From contig NC_086097.1 in assembly GCF_963921235.1 (NCBI RefSeq), positions 189,784,001-189,848,000 on the forward strand: a DNA stretch of 64,000 bases. The letters are read 5' to 3'. How positions within the stretch are numbered: position 1 is the first letter of the stretch; every line of letters starts with the position of its first letter. Origin of the DNA: Mobula hypostoma. Lineage: Eukaryota. The position numbers and the translations under genes were made by a program. Under the pieces are notes generated by a model. The model saw nothing but the letters and a program-made list of their open reading frames with translations, was not told where the DNA came from and did not search any database. This document shows, piece after piece, positions 1 through 12,715 of the stretch.

Positions 1-900
1 CACCCTGATACAGTGGTATCAAGAAAACAACCTCTCCCTCAATGTCACAAAAACAAAAGAGCTGGTTGTGGACCACAGGAGGAATGGAGATAGGCTAACC
101 CCTATTAACATCAATGGATCTGGGGTTGAGAAGGTTAACAGTTTTAAGTTCCTCGGCATAAACCGAGAATCTCACATGGTCTGTACATACCGGCTGTGTG
201 GTGAAAATGGCACAACAACACCTCTTTCATCTCAGACAGTTGAAGGAGTTTGGTGTGGGCCCCCAAATCCTAACAATTTTCTATAAGGGCACAATTGAGA
301 GCATCCTGACTGGCTGCATCACTGTCTGGTATGGAAACTGTACTTCCCTCAATCTCAGGACTCTGCTGAGAGTGTTTCGGACATCCCAGTGCATCTGTAG
401 ATGAGAACTTCCCACTATACAGGACATTTACGTAGACAAGTGTGTAAAAAGGGCCTGTAGGATCACTGGGGACATGACTCACCCCACCCACAAACTTTTC
501 CAGCTGCTACCATCAGGGAAATGGTACCAAAGCATAAAAGCCAGGACCAACAGGCTCCTGTGGCACGGCTAATGTAGATGAACTGAACACACTGATGAGG
601 GAGAGGGAGAAGTGGAGAGTCTGTCATCGTGCCTGACAATGGCCCCCTAGGCCTGAGTCGACATAGTCGAATAGGCTCTGGGACAGCTTCTTTCACCAGG
701 CCATCAGACTGATTACTTTCATGCTGATACAATTGTATTTCTATGTTATATTTACTGTCTTATTGTACACACTATTTAATACAAATTAATATAAATTGCA
801 CATTGCACATTTAGATGGAGACATAATGCAAAAATTCTTACTTCTCATGTATGTGAAGGATGTAAGAAATAAAGTCAATTCAATTGAATTCAATTCAGTT
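1..900 (+). mobile_element. Rex1/Babar-type LINE, 3' portion (RT C-terminus, 3' UTR, tail), degenerate; runs off the window start
   Basis: Frameshifted ORFs read QWYQENNLSLNVTKTKELVVD...VEKVNSFKFLGI...FYKGTIESILTGCITVWYGNC. AATAAA is followed by a (CAATT)n-like tail at about 868-900. Confidence 0.85.
558..672 (+). mobile_element. Short 5'-truncated LINE end, probably RTE clade, inserted into the Rex1
   Basis: Interrupts the Rex1 between duplicated AGGCTC (552-557 and 673-678; AACAGGCTC/AATAGGCTC over 9 bp). Translates CGTANVDELNTLMREREKWRVCHRA, resembling the RTE C-terminal EL..LM.DR..WR motif. Confidence 0.55.
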
Positions 901-3900
901 TGAGATGCTTGAGAATCTGACACACCTGAAGGCAGATAAATCACCTGGGCCAGATGAACTACACCCCATTAAAGAGGTAGGTGAAGAAATTATGAAGGCA
1001 TTAGTAATGATTTACCCTGAATTACTAGATTCTGAAATTGTAAATATCACTCCACTATTCAAGAAAGTAGGGAGGCAGGAAAAAAAGGAAATTTTAGGCC
1101 AATTGGTTGGTTGGGAAGATGCTAGAGTATGATATTAAGAATAAGGCTTTGGGGTACATGGAGGCGCATGATAAAGTAAGCCAAAGTCAGCAGAGGTTCC
1201 TTAAGGAGATACCTTGCCTGATAAATCTATTAGAGTTCTTTGAGGAACTAACAAGCATAATATACAAAGGAGAGTCAGTGGATGTTATTTAATTGGATTT
1301 TCAGAAGCACTTTGACAAGGTGCCACACAGGAGGCTGCTTAACATGACAAGAGCCCATGGTATTATGGGGAAGTTACTCGCTTGGATTCAAGATTGGTTG
1401 ACTGGAAGAAGGAATGAGTGACAATAAAAGGGGCATTTTTGGTTTGTCTGCCAGTATCTCATAATGTTCTGCAGGGTTTGGTATTTGGACAAATTCTTTT
1501 CACATTATATGTCCACAATGTAGATGACAGAATTGATGGCTTTGTAGCCAATTTCACAGACAATACAAAGATAGGTGGAAGGGCAGATAGTGTTGACAAA
1601 GCAGGGAGTATGCAGAAGGGCTTAGACAGATTTGGAGAATGGGCAAAGAAGTGGCAGATGGAATATAATGCAGGGAAATGTATGGTCGTGCACTTTGGCA
1701 GAGAAAAATAAAAGGATAGATTATTTCCTAAACAGGGAATAAACTCAAAGTTAGAGGTTCAAAGGGACTTGGGAGTCTTTGTGCAAGATTACCCAAAGGT
1801 TAGCATGCAGATTGAGATGGTGGTAACGATAGCAAATACAATGTTAGCACTTATTTTGAGAGGACTAGAAAAGAAGTGCACGGACGTATCGCTGAGGCTT
1901 TATAAGGCATCGATCAAGCTGCACTTGGGAGTATTGTGAGCATTTATGTGGGCAATTATCTAAGAAAATGACATGGGTAGGAAAAGGGAAGAGGTCCTGA
2001 AAAAAGACTGCAGGGAGTTAGGAAGGAAGTTGAGAAGCAGGACCGCAAAGGTAGTAATCTCAGGATTACTGCCTGTGCCACGTGACAGTGAGAATAGGAA
2101 TAGAATGAGGTGTAGGATAAATGCGTGGCTGAGTGATTGGAGCAGGCAGCAGGGATTCAGATTTCAGGATCATTGGGCCCTCTTTTGTGACCTGTACGAA
2201 AAGGACGGGTTGCACTTGAATCCCGGGGGACCAAAATCCTGGCAGGGAGGTTTGCTAAGGTTACTGGGGAGAGTTTAAACTAGAATGGTTGGGGGGTGGG
2301 AACCGAACTGAAGAGACTGGGGAAGAGGTGGTTGGCTCACAAATAGAGAAAGCTTGGAGACAGTGTGTGAGGGAGGATAGGCAGGTAATAGAGAAGGGAC
2401 GCGCTCAGACGGATGGTTTGGGATGTGTCTATTTTAACGCAAGGAGTATTGTGAACAAAGCAGATGAGCTTAGAGTATGGATCACTACTTGGAGCTATGA
2501 TGTGGCCATTACAGAGACTTGGATGGCTCAGGGACAGGAATGGTTACTTCAAGTGCCGGGTTTTAGATGTTTCAGAAAGGGAGGGAGGCAAAAGAGGTGG
2601 GGGTGTGGCACTGTTGATCAGAGATAGTGTCACGGCTGTGGAAAAGGTGGACATCATGGAGGGATTGTCTATGGAGTCTCTGTGGGTGGAGGTTAGGAAC
2701 AGGAAGTGGTCAATAACTTTACTGGGTGCTTTTTATAGGCTGCCCAATAGTAACAGGGATATTGAGGAGCAGATAGGGAAACAGATCCAGGAAAGGTGTA
2801 ATAATAACAGAGTTGTCGCGATGGAAGATTTTAATTTCCCAAATATCGATTGCAATCTCCCCAGAGCAAGGGGTTTAGATCGGGTGGAGTTTGTTAGGTG
2901 TGCTCAGGAAGGTTTCTTGACACAATGTGTAGATAAGCCTACAAGAGGAGAGACTGTACTTGATTTGGTGTTGGGAAATGAACCTGGTCAGGTGTCAGAT
3001 CTCTCAGTAGGACAGCATTTTGGAGATAGTGATCATTATTCTATCTCCTTTACAATAGCATTGGAGAGAGATAGGAACAGACAAGTTAGAAAATCGTTTC
3101 CTTGGAGTAAGGAGAATTATGAGGTGCCTCAGGCAAGAATTGGAAGCTTAAATTGGGAACAGATGTTCTCAGGGAAAGTACAGAAGAAATGTGGCAAATA
3201 TTCAGGGGATGTTTGTGTGGAGTTCTGCAGAGGTATGTTCCAATGAGACTGGGAAATTATAGTGGGGTACAGGAACCATGGTGTACAATGGCTGTAATAA
3301 ATCTAGTCAAGAATTAAAGCTTACAAAAGGTTCACAGAGCTAGGTAATATCAGCGATCTAGAAGATTATAAGGCTAACAGGAAGGAGCTTAAAAAGGAAA
3401 TTAGGAGCCAGAAGGGGCCATGAGAAGGCCTTGGCAGGCAGGATTAAGGAAAACCCCAAGGCATTCTACAAGTATGTGAAGAGGAAGAGGATAAGACGTG
3501 AAAGAATAGGACCTATCAAGTGTGACAGTGGGAAAGTGTGTATGGAACTGGAAGAAATAGCAGAGGTACTTAATGAACACTTTGCTTCAGTATTCACTTT
3601 GGAAAAGGATCTTGGTGATTGTAGTGATGACTTGCAGCAGACTGAAAAGCTTAAGCATGTAAATATTAAGAAAGAGGATGTGCTGCTTTTAGAAAGCATC
3701 AAGTTGGATAAGTCGCCAGGACCGGATGAGATGTACCCCAGACTACTGTGAGAGGCGAGGGAGGAGATTGCTGAGCCTCTGGCAATGATCCTTGAATCAT
3801 CAATGGGGATGGGAGAGGTTCTGGAGGATTGGAGGGTTGCGGATGTTGTTCCTTTATTCAAGAAAGGGAGTAGAGATAGCCCAGGAAATTATAGACCAGT

Positions 3901-5670
3901 CAGTCTTACCTTCAGTGGCTGGTAAGCTGATGGAGAAGATCCTGAGAGGCAGGATTTATGAATATTTGGAGAGGTATAATATGATTAGGAATAGTCAGCA
4001 TGGCTTTGTCAAGGGCAGGTCGTGCCTTACAAGCCTGATTGAATTTTTTGAGGATGTGACTAAACACATTGATGAAGGAAGAGCAGTAGATGTAGTGTAT
4101 ATGGATTTCAGCAAGGCATTTGATAAGGTACCCCATACAAGTCTTATTGAGAAAGTAAGGAGGCATGAGATCCAAGGGGACATTGCTTTGTGGATCCAGA
4201 ACTGGCTTGCCTACAGGAGGCAAAGAGTGGTTGTAGATGGGTCATATTCTGCATGGAGGTTGGTGACCAGTGGTGTGCCTCAGGGATCTGTTCTGGAACC
4301 CTTACTCTTAATGATTTTTATAAATGACCTGAATGAGGAAGTGGAGGGATGGGTTAGTAAGTTTGCTGATGACACAAAGGTTGGGGGTGTTGTGAACAGT
4401 GTGGAAGGCTGTCAGAGGTTACAGCGGGACATTGATAGGATGCAAAACTGGACTGAGAAGTGGCACATGGAGTTCAAACCAGATTAGTGTGAAGTGGATC
4501 AGTTTGGTAGGTCAAATATGATGGCAGAATATAGTATTAATGGTAAGAATCTTGGCAGTGTGGAGGATCAGAGGGATCTTGGGGTCTGAGTCCATAGGAC
4601 GCTCAAAGCAGCTGCGCAGGTTGACTCTGTGGTTAAAAAGGCATATGGTGTATTGGCCTTCATCAATCGTGGAATTGAATTTAGGAACCGAGAGGTAATG
4701 TTGCAGCTATATAGGACCCTGGTCAGACCCCACTTGGAGTACTGTGCTCAGTTCTGGTCATCTCACTACGGGAAGGATGTGGAAACCATAGAAAGGGTGC
4801 AGAGGAGATTTATAAGGGTGTTGCCTGGATTGGGGAGCATGCCTTATGAAAACAGGTTGAGTGAACTTGACCTTTTCTCCTTGGAGCGACGGAGGATGAG
4901 AGGTGACCTGATGGAGGTGTATAAGATGATGAGAGGCATTGATCGTGTGGATAGTTAGAGGCTTTTTCCCAGGGCTGAAATGGTTGCCACAAGAGGACAC
5001 AGGTTTAAGGTACAGAGGAGATGTCAGAGGTAAGTTTTTTTACTCAGAGAGTGGTGAGTGTGTGGAATGGGCTGCCGGCAACGGTGGTGGAGGCGGATAC
5101 CATAGGGTCTTTTAGGAGACTTTTGGATAGGTTCATGGAGCTTAGAAAAATAGAGGGCTATAGGTAAGCCGAGCAATTTCTAAGGTCGGGACATGTTTGG
5201 CACAACTTTGTTGGCCGAAAGGCCTGTATTGTGCTGTAGGTTTTCTATGTTACTATGTTTCTAAAAAAAATGTGCTGGCATTGAAGAAGAAGTTCATGAT
5301 AATGATTTTGGAAACTCTGGATAGAGTGGATATGTAGAGGAGAGGATGTTTCTAATAATGAGAAACAGTCAAGGACCAAAGGGCACAGCCTCAGAGTAGA
5401 AGGATGTCTCTTTAGAACAAAGGTGAGGAGGAATTTGTTCAGCCAGAGCATGATGAACCTATGGAATTAAATTACACAGATGACTGTTGAGGCCCAAGTC
5501 ATTGAGTATATTTAAATTGGAGGCTGATAGGTTCCTGATTAGTTAGGGCATCAAAGGTTTTGGGAAGAAAGCAGGGGAATGGGGTTCGGAGGAATAAGAA
5601 ATCTGCCATGATAGGATGGTGGAGCAGACTCAATTAGCCAAGTGGTCTAATTCTGCTACTGTGTCTTATA
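901..5670 (+). mobile_element. CR1 LINE (host copy), ORF2 RT and 3' UTR, in two parts: about 901-1967 and 5263-5670
   Basis: LKADKSPGPDELHP, NLLEFFEE, FVANFTDNTKIGG, WAKKWQMEYN. The sequence breaks at TATCTAAGAAAATG (about 1960) and resumes at CTAAAAAAAATGTGCTGGCATTG (about 5261). It ends in a CR1 3' hairpin/tail near 5670. Confidence 0.85.
1968..5262 (+). mobile_element. Nested CR1 LINE, 5'-truncated within ORF1 (SGNH esterase), with full-length but disrupted ORF2 (APE and RT)
   Basis: ORF1: GRKLRSRTAKVVISGLLPVPR...DGLHLN. APE: YFNARSIVNK, ITETW, DFNFPNIDC, SDH. RT: QHGFVKGRSC, YMDFSKAFDKVPH, SGVPQGSVL, KFADDTK. Tail TTTCTATG repeats at about 5241-5262. Confidence 0.9.
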
Positions 5671-6257
5671 TTTTCATTTACGATTTGTGCAATTTCTCTC
5701 AACAATTGACCTTGAAACATTACCTGTCATTTGATCCCAATATTATTGGCTATGATCTCAAAATGTCTTCTACACTTCCTGCACCACTTTCTGTGTTTCT
5801 GAAACTTCTAACATCTATGGATCTGATGATCGAATTTCACTTGAAGTCTTGCTGAATTTGTCAGGACTTTTACTACCTGATTTGCTTGTTCCTCAGTTGT
5901 TGTGAAGATCCAGTCCTTTCTCTCCTGCACACAAGTGCATACAGCTGGCCTCTTCTACACTCATTCCATTTGGGAAACCATTGAATGTTTATTCAGAGCT
6001 TCAGGTAAATTTGCCAAATGCCTCTACAATGTTATTGGCCTCAGAGATTTGTTAGGTGTTGGAATTACAGACACTCTAGATATCTTTCATTACATAGAAT
6101 TGCCAAAGCTCATATTCATTCTTTCATGAGTCAAATCCTGCATTTACATTGCGTGGCATGGGATTTTATTCACTAGTCCTCAGCCAGCAATTTGTTTTCT
6201 TGGCCAGGGATAACATATAAGGTTAACTGTATATTATAAGGTAAAATATGGAGTATG

Positions 6258-6530
6258 CCATAGAGTCTGCAGCATGAAAGCGGATCCTTCTGATCCATAC
6301 TAACAGATATGCCTTCTTCAGCCAGTCTAATTTGCCTGCTTTTAGTCCACACATCCCTCTAATCCCTTCCTATCCATCAATCTTCCCAAATGGCTTTTAA
6401 ACATCATAATTGCATCTTCCTCTAACATTTCATCTGAAGCACATTCCATGTATACACTACCTCTTGTGTGAAAAGCATTTCTCAGATTCCCTTCAAACCT
6501 TTCCTATTTCACCTTAATTCTACACTATCT
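6258..6530 (-). mobile_element. Old CR1-type 3' end fragment
   Basis: Degenerate reverse-complement CR1 3' UTR and ORF2-end motifs (CTCTAATCCCTTCCTATCCAT...CATTCCATGTATACACTACCTCTTGTGTGAAAA). Confidence 0.55.
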
Positions 6531-8655
6531 TGTATGACAAAATAAAAATTTTGACTTAGTTTGCATAGCTAATCATGTAATTAAGGCAAACAAAAAGACA
6601 GCCTAACAGATTGTTCGTTTAGAGATGTCCTCTCTTCTCCACTGGTCATGGGGAATAGCAGTCTTGACATTAACTTCATGACAATTAGGGATCTGGATCA
6701 GCACATGAAAACATCAAGCAGGGCAGCAGCGAGGGAAGAAAAGTCTTATTGATCTGCTGTCTCAAGATAGGCAGGCAGTGGGACAGCTGCAGCTGAAAAA
6801 GGGAGAATGTCTCTGTTCTCAGGATACAGGTGCCCAAAAGAAAGAGGGAAAATAGATGAATGGCAACTCTGAAAAAGTAAAAGAACAGCAAGTTTGTTCC
6901 TAAGTTAATTAATCACGGGAATATATGGTTGGCTGTGTATCGATAACCTTAGGGAAACATGGCTGTTGATGACAGGTCTGTTGAGTAAGCTGAATCAGCC
7001 TCTGACCACAGGAGAGTTTTTCAAGGCACACACCGGTGAGAAATGACACAGTCGGGGTTTAGACTGGTTGCAAGCCCCTGTGCATTGGCAGACTTATTGC
7101 ACTTCATCTCCATCTCCAATTTCCAAAATGTAAAAATGCCATTCTGTGTACAGTTAGGGAAAGTGCATAGAGTGTGGTTAAAAAGCGGATTGAGCCTCTC
7201 TCCATCCTGTAGTAGAAATTAATTTGATAAAGAATAATCTTCTGCTTGACCCAAATATGGGCTCATGTGAATGATTATTTTACTCTACAGCGATCTTGAA
7301 AGCCATGCTTCTAAATTACACTTGAAGATTCAAACCTACAGCTGACATCATGCTTAGTTTAAGTAAGAACACTTGCCCATGTGCTGCTGACAGATGCAAT
7401 GTGAGATTGGGACACAATGCAGCAGGTTAGTTTGTATTGCAGTCCAGTAAATAGTTTACCCAGCAAAAGCATATAGATTTAACTCATTCTTGCAAATACT
7501 GACAGCAGGATCCTTCTGCAAATGATTTAAGCTGTATCTATTGTACAGCATTTCTTTATGGCTTAAAAATTGTAACAGCATGTGAGATGATTGTAATAAT
7601 GCAGATGTTAAACTAAATGCAATTCCAAATACAAAACTTCTCTAAAGAAAATAAATTTCATATTCAAAGCTCAGACACTAGGAATAGTTTTGCCCTTTGT
7701 CCACACTTTGTTTTCTTCAACATCAATACAGAATCTCAAGCAATAGTTTATAATGTAAGTATATTTAAAGTCAGTTACATATAAAGGGAGAAATGTTATT
7801 GCATTTATTTTGTGCTTTTTGCAAAATTAATACTATCAGATCAGATTACGAAGTACAATTATGGAGAATCATTCCTTTAATGGTATGAAGCATTTTTAAG
7901 CAGTTTTACCTTTTTGTCCTTTAGATTCTTTCGTGGGTTTTTGCCAAAAAGGATAAAATTTGTTATAATAAGTCTGGATCTACATTTCCTATTAAACTTC
8001 ATAACCATTTTATGTAGAGCTCAAGTTTTAATGGGATTAATAGAGATCATCTAAGCACTGATAAGCCAGTACAGTGATAATGTAAACGGAATCCAAGCTG
8101 TAGATCTAGCCACACGACTTACTAAATTTTACTTGACAAACTGCTTAGCCTCAGTTCATAAATGTCAAGTCAAAATATTGACCTGAAAGAAACTGATTAA
8201 TTGTCTGTCTTGATTGCTTCTCTGGCTGGCTTCAGTCTTGCAGTCACCTCCTTGTCTTCTTGTCAGGTGCTTATATTTGCTGTTATTTTCAGATGATTAA
8301 AGCATTTAAGTGCAGCATTGGTGATAAGCTAGAGTCTATTGGGAATAACTTGTTCTTGAGAGAACAGAATATTTTGACCCACAATATTAAGGTGTGAAGC
8401 TGATTAAAATGAATTAATTATCTCTGGATTGGCACCAGATAAACGATCATTAAAGCTATAAAGATGACATTAAAAATTCAAATAACTCACCAACTTCCTT
8501 TAAATTTAATATCCCTTCCAGGACTGGTTCATAAATTACATCAGTCAAGTATGTGTGATTGGCTTTTAATGGGCTGTGAAGTGACCTTGCAAGACAATGT
8601 GAAATAAACAGCTTAACTAAGAATGGATAATAAAAGAATCTATAGTTGTGCCATC

Positions 8656-8884
8656 TGAAGCACCTTCAATTACTCCAAAAGACTGAGGTTTGGTAAAATA
8701 CTGAAAGGCTTTTATTCGCTGTACAATACGACCTCCACAGTGAGTGTCTGCCCCCGGACTGAGGGGGAGGGGCAAGGTGAACACCTTTATACAGGACTCT
8801 GTGGGAGGAGCCACAGGGGCAGTCAGCAGAGGGGTGTGTCCAGACAGGTAACCGAGTGACAACATATATACATGGTTTACCACA
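8656..8884 (-). mobile_element. Solo LTR (229 bp) of an LTR retrotransposon
   Basis: TG...CA termini with an exact 5-bp TSD CCATC (8651-8655 and 8885-8889). The minus strand has a TATA-like TATAAAG followed by AATAAA. Confidence 0.85.
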
Positions 8885-10608
8885 CCATCCATAATCAAAG
8901 CAAAATTATTTACCATAATTCTTGGGGCCTTTACAGATGCTTTTCTGGACAGAGACCAGACGGTTTCTGGGCCTGAAAAATCTGCATAGCTTGCAGAAAA
9001 CGAGACTATCTTATTTTCTAAACTGCTGTCATTCTCCATCAGTCACTAGTGCAAGGATTACTGGATTTTTGAGGCATAATAGATGAAAGCATCCAGTAGA
9101 TTAGTATGGAAGGTGAAAAGCTGCAAAGATAGTAAGTGTCATTTGTATCTCATTTAAAGGAGAACACTAGGCCTACACTGCTGCTAGCTGGTATTGCAAA
9201 AAAAAGAGTAGTGATCCTTGGTTTTGTGTTTTCATCCCCCTTACCTTGATCCTCCCCGCCTCCGCCTCATGAATAGGCTATTTTTCAGGAAAATAAATGT
9301 GTTGTTACTAATACATGAACAGTTAAATCATTTGGAAGACATTCCTTGCTGCCCAAATGCAAATAATACTTTTAAAAAAGTTCATTGCTATGTTAAAGAG
9401 GCCAACAAAATATTTTTATGTGATAAATAAACTTTTATAGACAGAATGCTGGAGGAGGAAGATCTGAGAATCTGGGAGGTGATAGATGGAAGAGGTAAAG
9501 GACTGAAGATGAAAGTATCTGAAAGGAGAGGATGGTGGAGCATTGGAGAAAGGGAAGGAGGAGAGGCACCAGAGGGAGGGGATGGGCAGATGAGTTGAAG
9601 AGAAGGGGTAAGAGGGAAGCCAAAATGTACAATGAAAACAATAGAGAGGGAGAAAGGGGAAAAACCCACCAGAATTAGAGAAATCGATAAGAGCAGCCAC
9701 TTCATCGAGCTCCTTTGGTCCATCTGCCACAATAGGTGGGATTTCCCCAGTGGCCAACCATTTCATCTTGACTTCCCATTCCCATTCAGACATGTCACTC
9801 TGTGGCCCCCTCTACTTTCATGATCAGATCGCTCTCAGGTTGGAGGAGCAACACCTCGTATTCTATCAGGTTAGTCTTCAACCTGATAGCATGAACATTG
9901 ACTTTGTTGACAATTTATTCCTCTCCATTCATGCTGCCTGACCTGTGGACTTCCTCCAGCATTTTCTATGTGTTGCTCTGAGAGGCTTTGGATTTCCATA
10001 AGACCATAAGACATAGGAGCAGAATTAGACCATTCAGGCCATCGAGTCTGCTCCGCTATTCCATCTGGCTGATCCCGGATCCCACTCAACATCATATACC
10101 TGCCTCCTTGCCATATCCTTTGATGCCCTGACCAATCAGGAAACTATCAGCTTCTACCTTAAATATATCCACGGACCTGGCCTCCACAGCAGTCTGTGGT
10201 GGAGCATTTCTCAGATTCACTACTCTCTGGCTGAAAAAATATTTCCTTTACCTCTGTTCTAAAAGGTCACCCCTCAATTTTGAGGCTATGCTCTCTAGTT
10301 CTGGATACCCCCACCACAGGAAACATCCTCTCCACGTCCACCCTATCGAGTCCTTTCAACATTCGGTAGGTTTCAGTGAGATCCCCCCGTATTTTTCTAA
10401 GTTCCGGTGAGTATAGGTCCAAAGCTGCGAAATTCTCCTCATATGTTAACTCCTTCATTCCTGCAATCATCCTCGTGAACCTCCTCTAGACTCTCCCCAA
10501 TGACAATACATCCTTTCTGAGATATGGGGCCCAAAACTGTTAACAATATTCCAAGTGTGGCCTGACTAGTGTCTTATAAAGCATCAGTATTATGTCCTTG
10601 CTTTTATA

Positions 10609-11494
10609 CTGCACAGAGCCTTGTCATCTTCAGAAGTTTTCGGATGACTCTGCCATAGTTGGATGCATCAGCAAGGGAGATGAGGCTGAGTACAGTGCTA
10701 CGGTAGGAAACTTTGTCACATGGTGTGAGCAGAATTATCTGCAGTTTAATGTGAAAAAGCCTAAGGAGCTAGTGGTAGACCTGAGGAGAGCTAAGGTACC
10801 GGTGACCCCTGTTTCCATCCAGGGTGTCAGTGTGGACATGGTGGAGGATTACAAATACCTGAGGATACGAATTGAGAATAAACTAGACTGGTCAAAGAAC
10901 GCTGAGGCTGTCTACAAGAAGGGTCAGAGCTGTCTCTATTTCCTGAGGAGACTGAGGTCCTTTAACATCTGCCGGACGATACTGAGGATGTTCTACAAGT
11001 CTGTGGTGGCCAGTGCTATCATGTTTGCTGTTGTGTGCTGGGGCAGCAGGCTGAGGGTAACAGACACCAACAGAATCAACAAATTCATCCGTAAGGCCAG
11101 TGATGTTGTGGGGATGGAACTGGACTCTCTCACGGTGGTGTCTGAAAAGAGGATGCTGTCTAAGTTGCATGCCATCTTGGTCAATGTCTCCCATCCACTA
11201 TATAATGTACTGGGTGGGCACAGGAGTACATTCAGCCAGAGACTCATTCCACCGAGATGCAGCACAGAGCGTCATAGGAAGTCATTCCTGCCTGTGGCCA
11301 TCAAACTTAACAACTCCTCCCTTGGAGAGTCATACACCCTGAGCCAATAGGCTGGTCCTGGACTTATTTCATAATTTACTGGCATAATTTACATATTACT
11401 ATTTAACTATTATGGTTCTATTACTATTTATTATTTATGGAGCAACTGTAACGAAAACCAATTTCCCCCGGGATCAATAAAGTATGACTATGAC
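10609..11494 (+). mobile_element. Rex1/Babar LINE, 5'-truncated, relatively young
   Basis: Uninterrupted frame from QKFSDDS to the stop at 11350 (WCEQNYLQFNVKK, YFLRRLRSFN, FYKSVVASAIMFAVVCWG). AATAAA then (GACTAT)n tail; possible TATA duplication. Confidence 0.9.
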
Positions 11495-12715
11495 TATATT
11501 CTATTCCTCTTGAAATAAATGCCAACATTGCATTTGCCTCCTTTACTACAGACTCTACCTGTAAATTAACCTTCTAGTAGTCTTCAAGAGTGCACATGTT
11601 CCCCACTTTTCGAATGTTTGCTTTACGAAACCTCACTGTTACGAAAGACCTACATTAGTATCCTGTTTTCCCTTTCAGAAGGTGCTTTCACTGCTACGGA
11701 AAAAAAAGCAGCGTGCGATAAAAAATCAGCATGCAAAAAAATCAGTGCGCGTCCCGAGCAGCCGTTCTCCCCCGGATTCGGAACTGCATTCTTGCTGGCA
11801 TTGCTTATACACGTCTCTGTGAGCAGCCATTTGCAAGATGAGTTCTATGGTATCAGAAAAGCCTAAAAGAGCTCGTAAGGGTGTTACACTTAGCGTAAAA
11901 CTATACATAATTAAGCGTTTCGATCGTGGTGAACGAAGCAAGGACAAAGTGAGTTTGGCTTGTGGAAGCTGATGAAGATGATGTTTGAAGAGGTTTTGGC
12001 ATTCCATGACCAAGAACTGATAGATGAAGAGTTGATGCAAGAAGAAAGGATAACAATCGAAACCGAATGCAATAGCAAACTGAACGTGAAGCAACTGCGT
12101 GAGATTTTCGCTGCAATGATAAAGTACGACTTTAATTTTGAAAGGGTACGTAGGTTTAGGGAATATTTGCAAGATGGTTTGAGTCCTTACAAAGAACTGT
12201 GTGACAGAAAAATGCGCGAGGCTCAGCAGTCAAGCAAGCCTTCCACATCAGCCACAGCAGACGACGAACCTCGACCTTCGACATCGAGGCAGGCAGTCAT
12301 AGGAGAAGGTGAGCTGCCTGCTCTAATGGAAACAGACGATGACGAGATGATGCCCCAGTGTCCCACCACCCCAACCCCCAATCGGAAATCGGCACTGATC
12401 TGGGCCGACAATTACGTGCGGGGTGGCACCTAATTAATTAGAATGTTTGTTTTGGCTTTTTTCTTAAAGATATGCTGTGTGCCTCCCGGCTACTGCTGCA
12501 CCCCTGCATGCTTTGCGAATCGGTATCAGTCGGCGGCCTGGAGGGTGGGGGCCACTGCACCATCCAACCTGGTCTAACACACCATCATCAGTGTGCTCGG
12601 TGCTTAACCAATTCCGTTAAGTGATACTACACTGTACATACATTATTTCTACTTTATATAGGCTGTGTATTTTTACGTGTTATTTGGTATGATTTAGCAG
12701 CTTCATAGCTTAAAG

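Noticed and set aside
7012..7035. Possible 24-nt plus-strand microexon (CACAG|...CCG|GTGAGA)
   Set aside because: Weak pyrimidine tract, no partner exons and an unrecognised peptide; consistent with chance.
8617..9039. 140-aa minus ORF
   Set aside because: It runs across the solo LTR and its flanks with no coding signature.
11960..12433. 157-aa acidic ORF as a host TIGD-like gene
   Set aside because: It is the C-terminal remnant of an internally deleted Tigger lacking the DDE domain, between TIRs.
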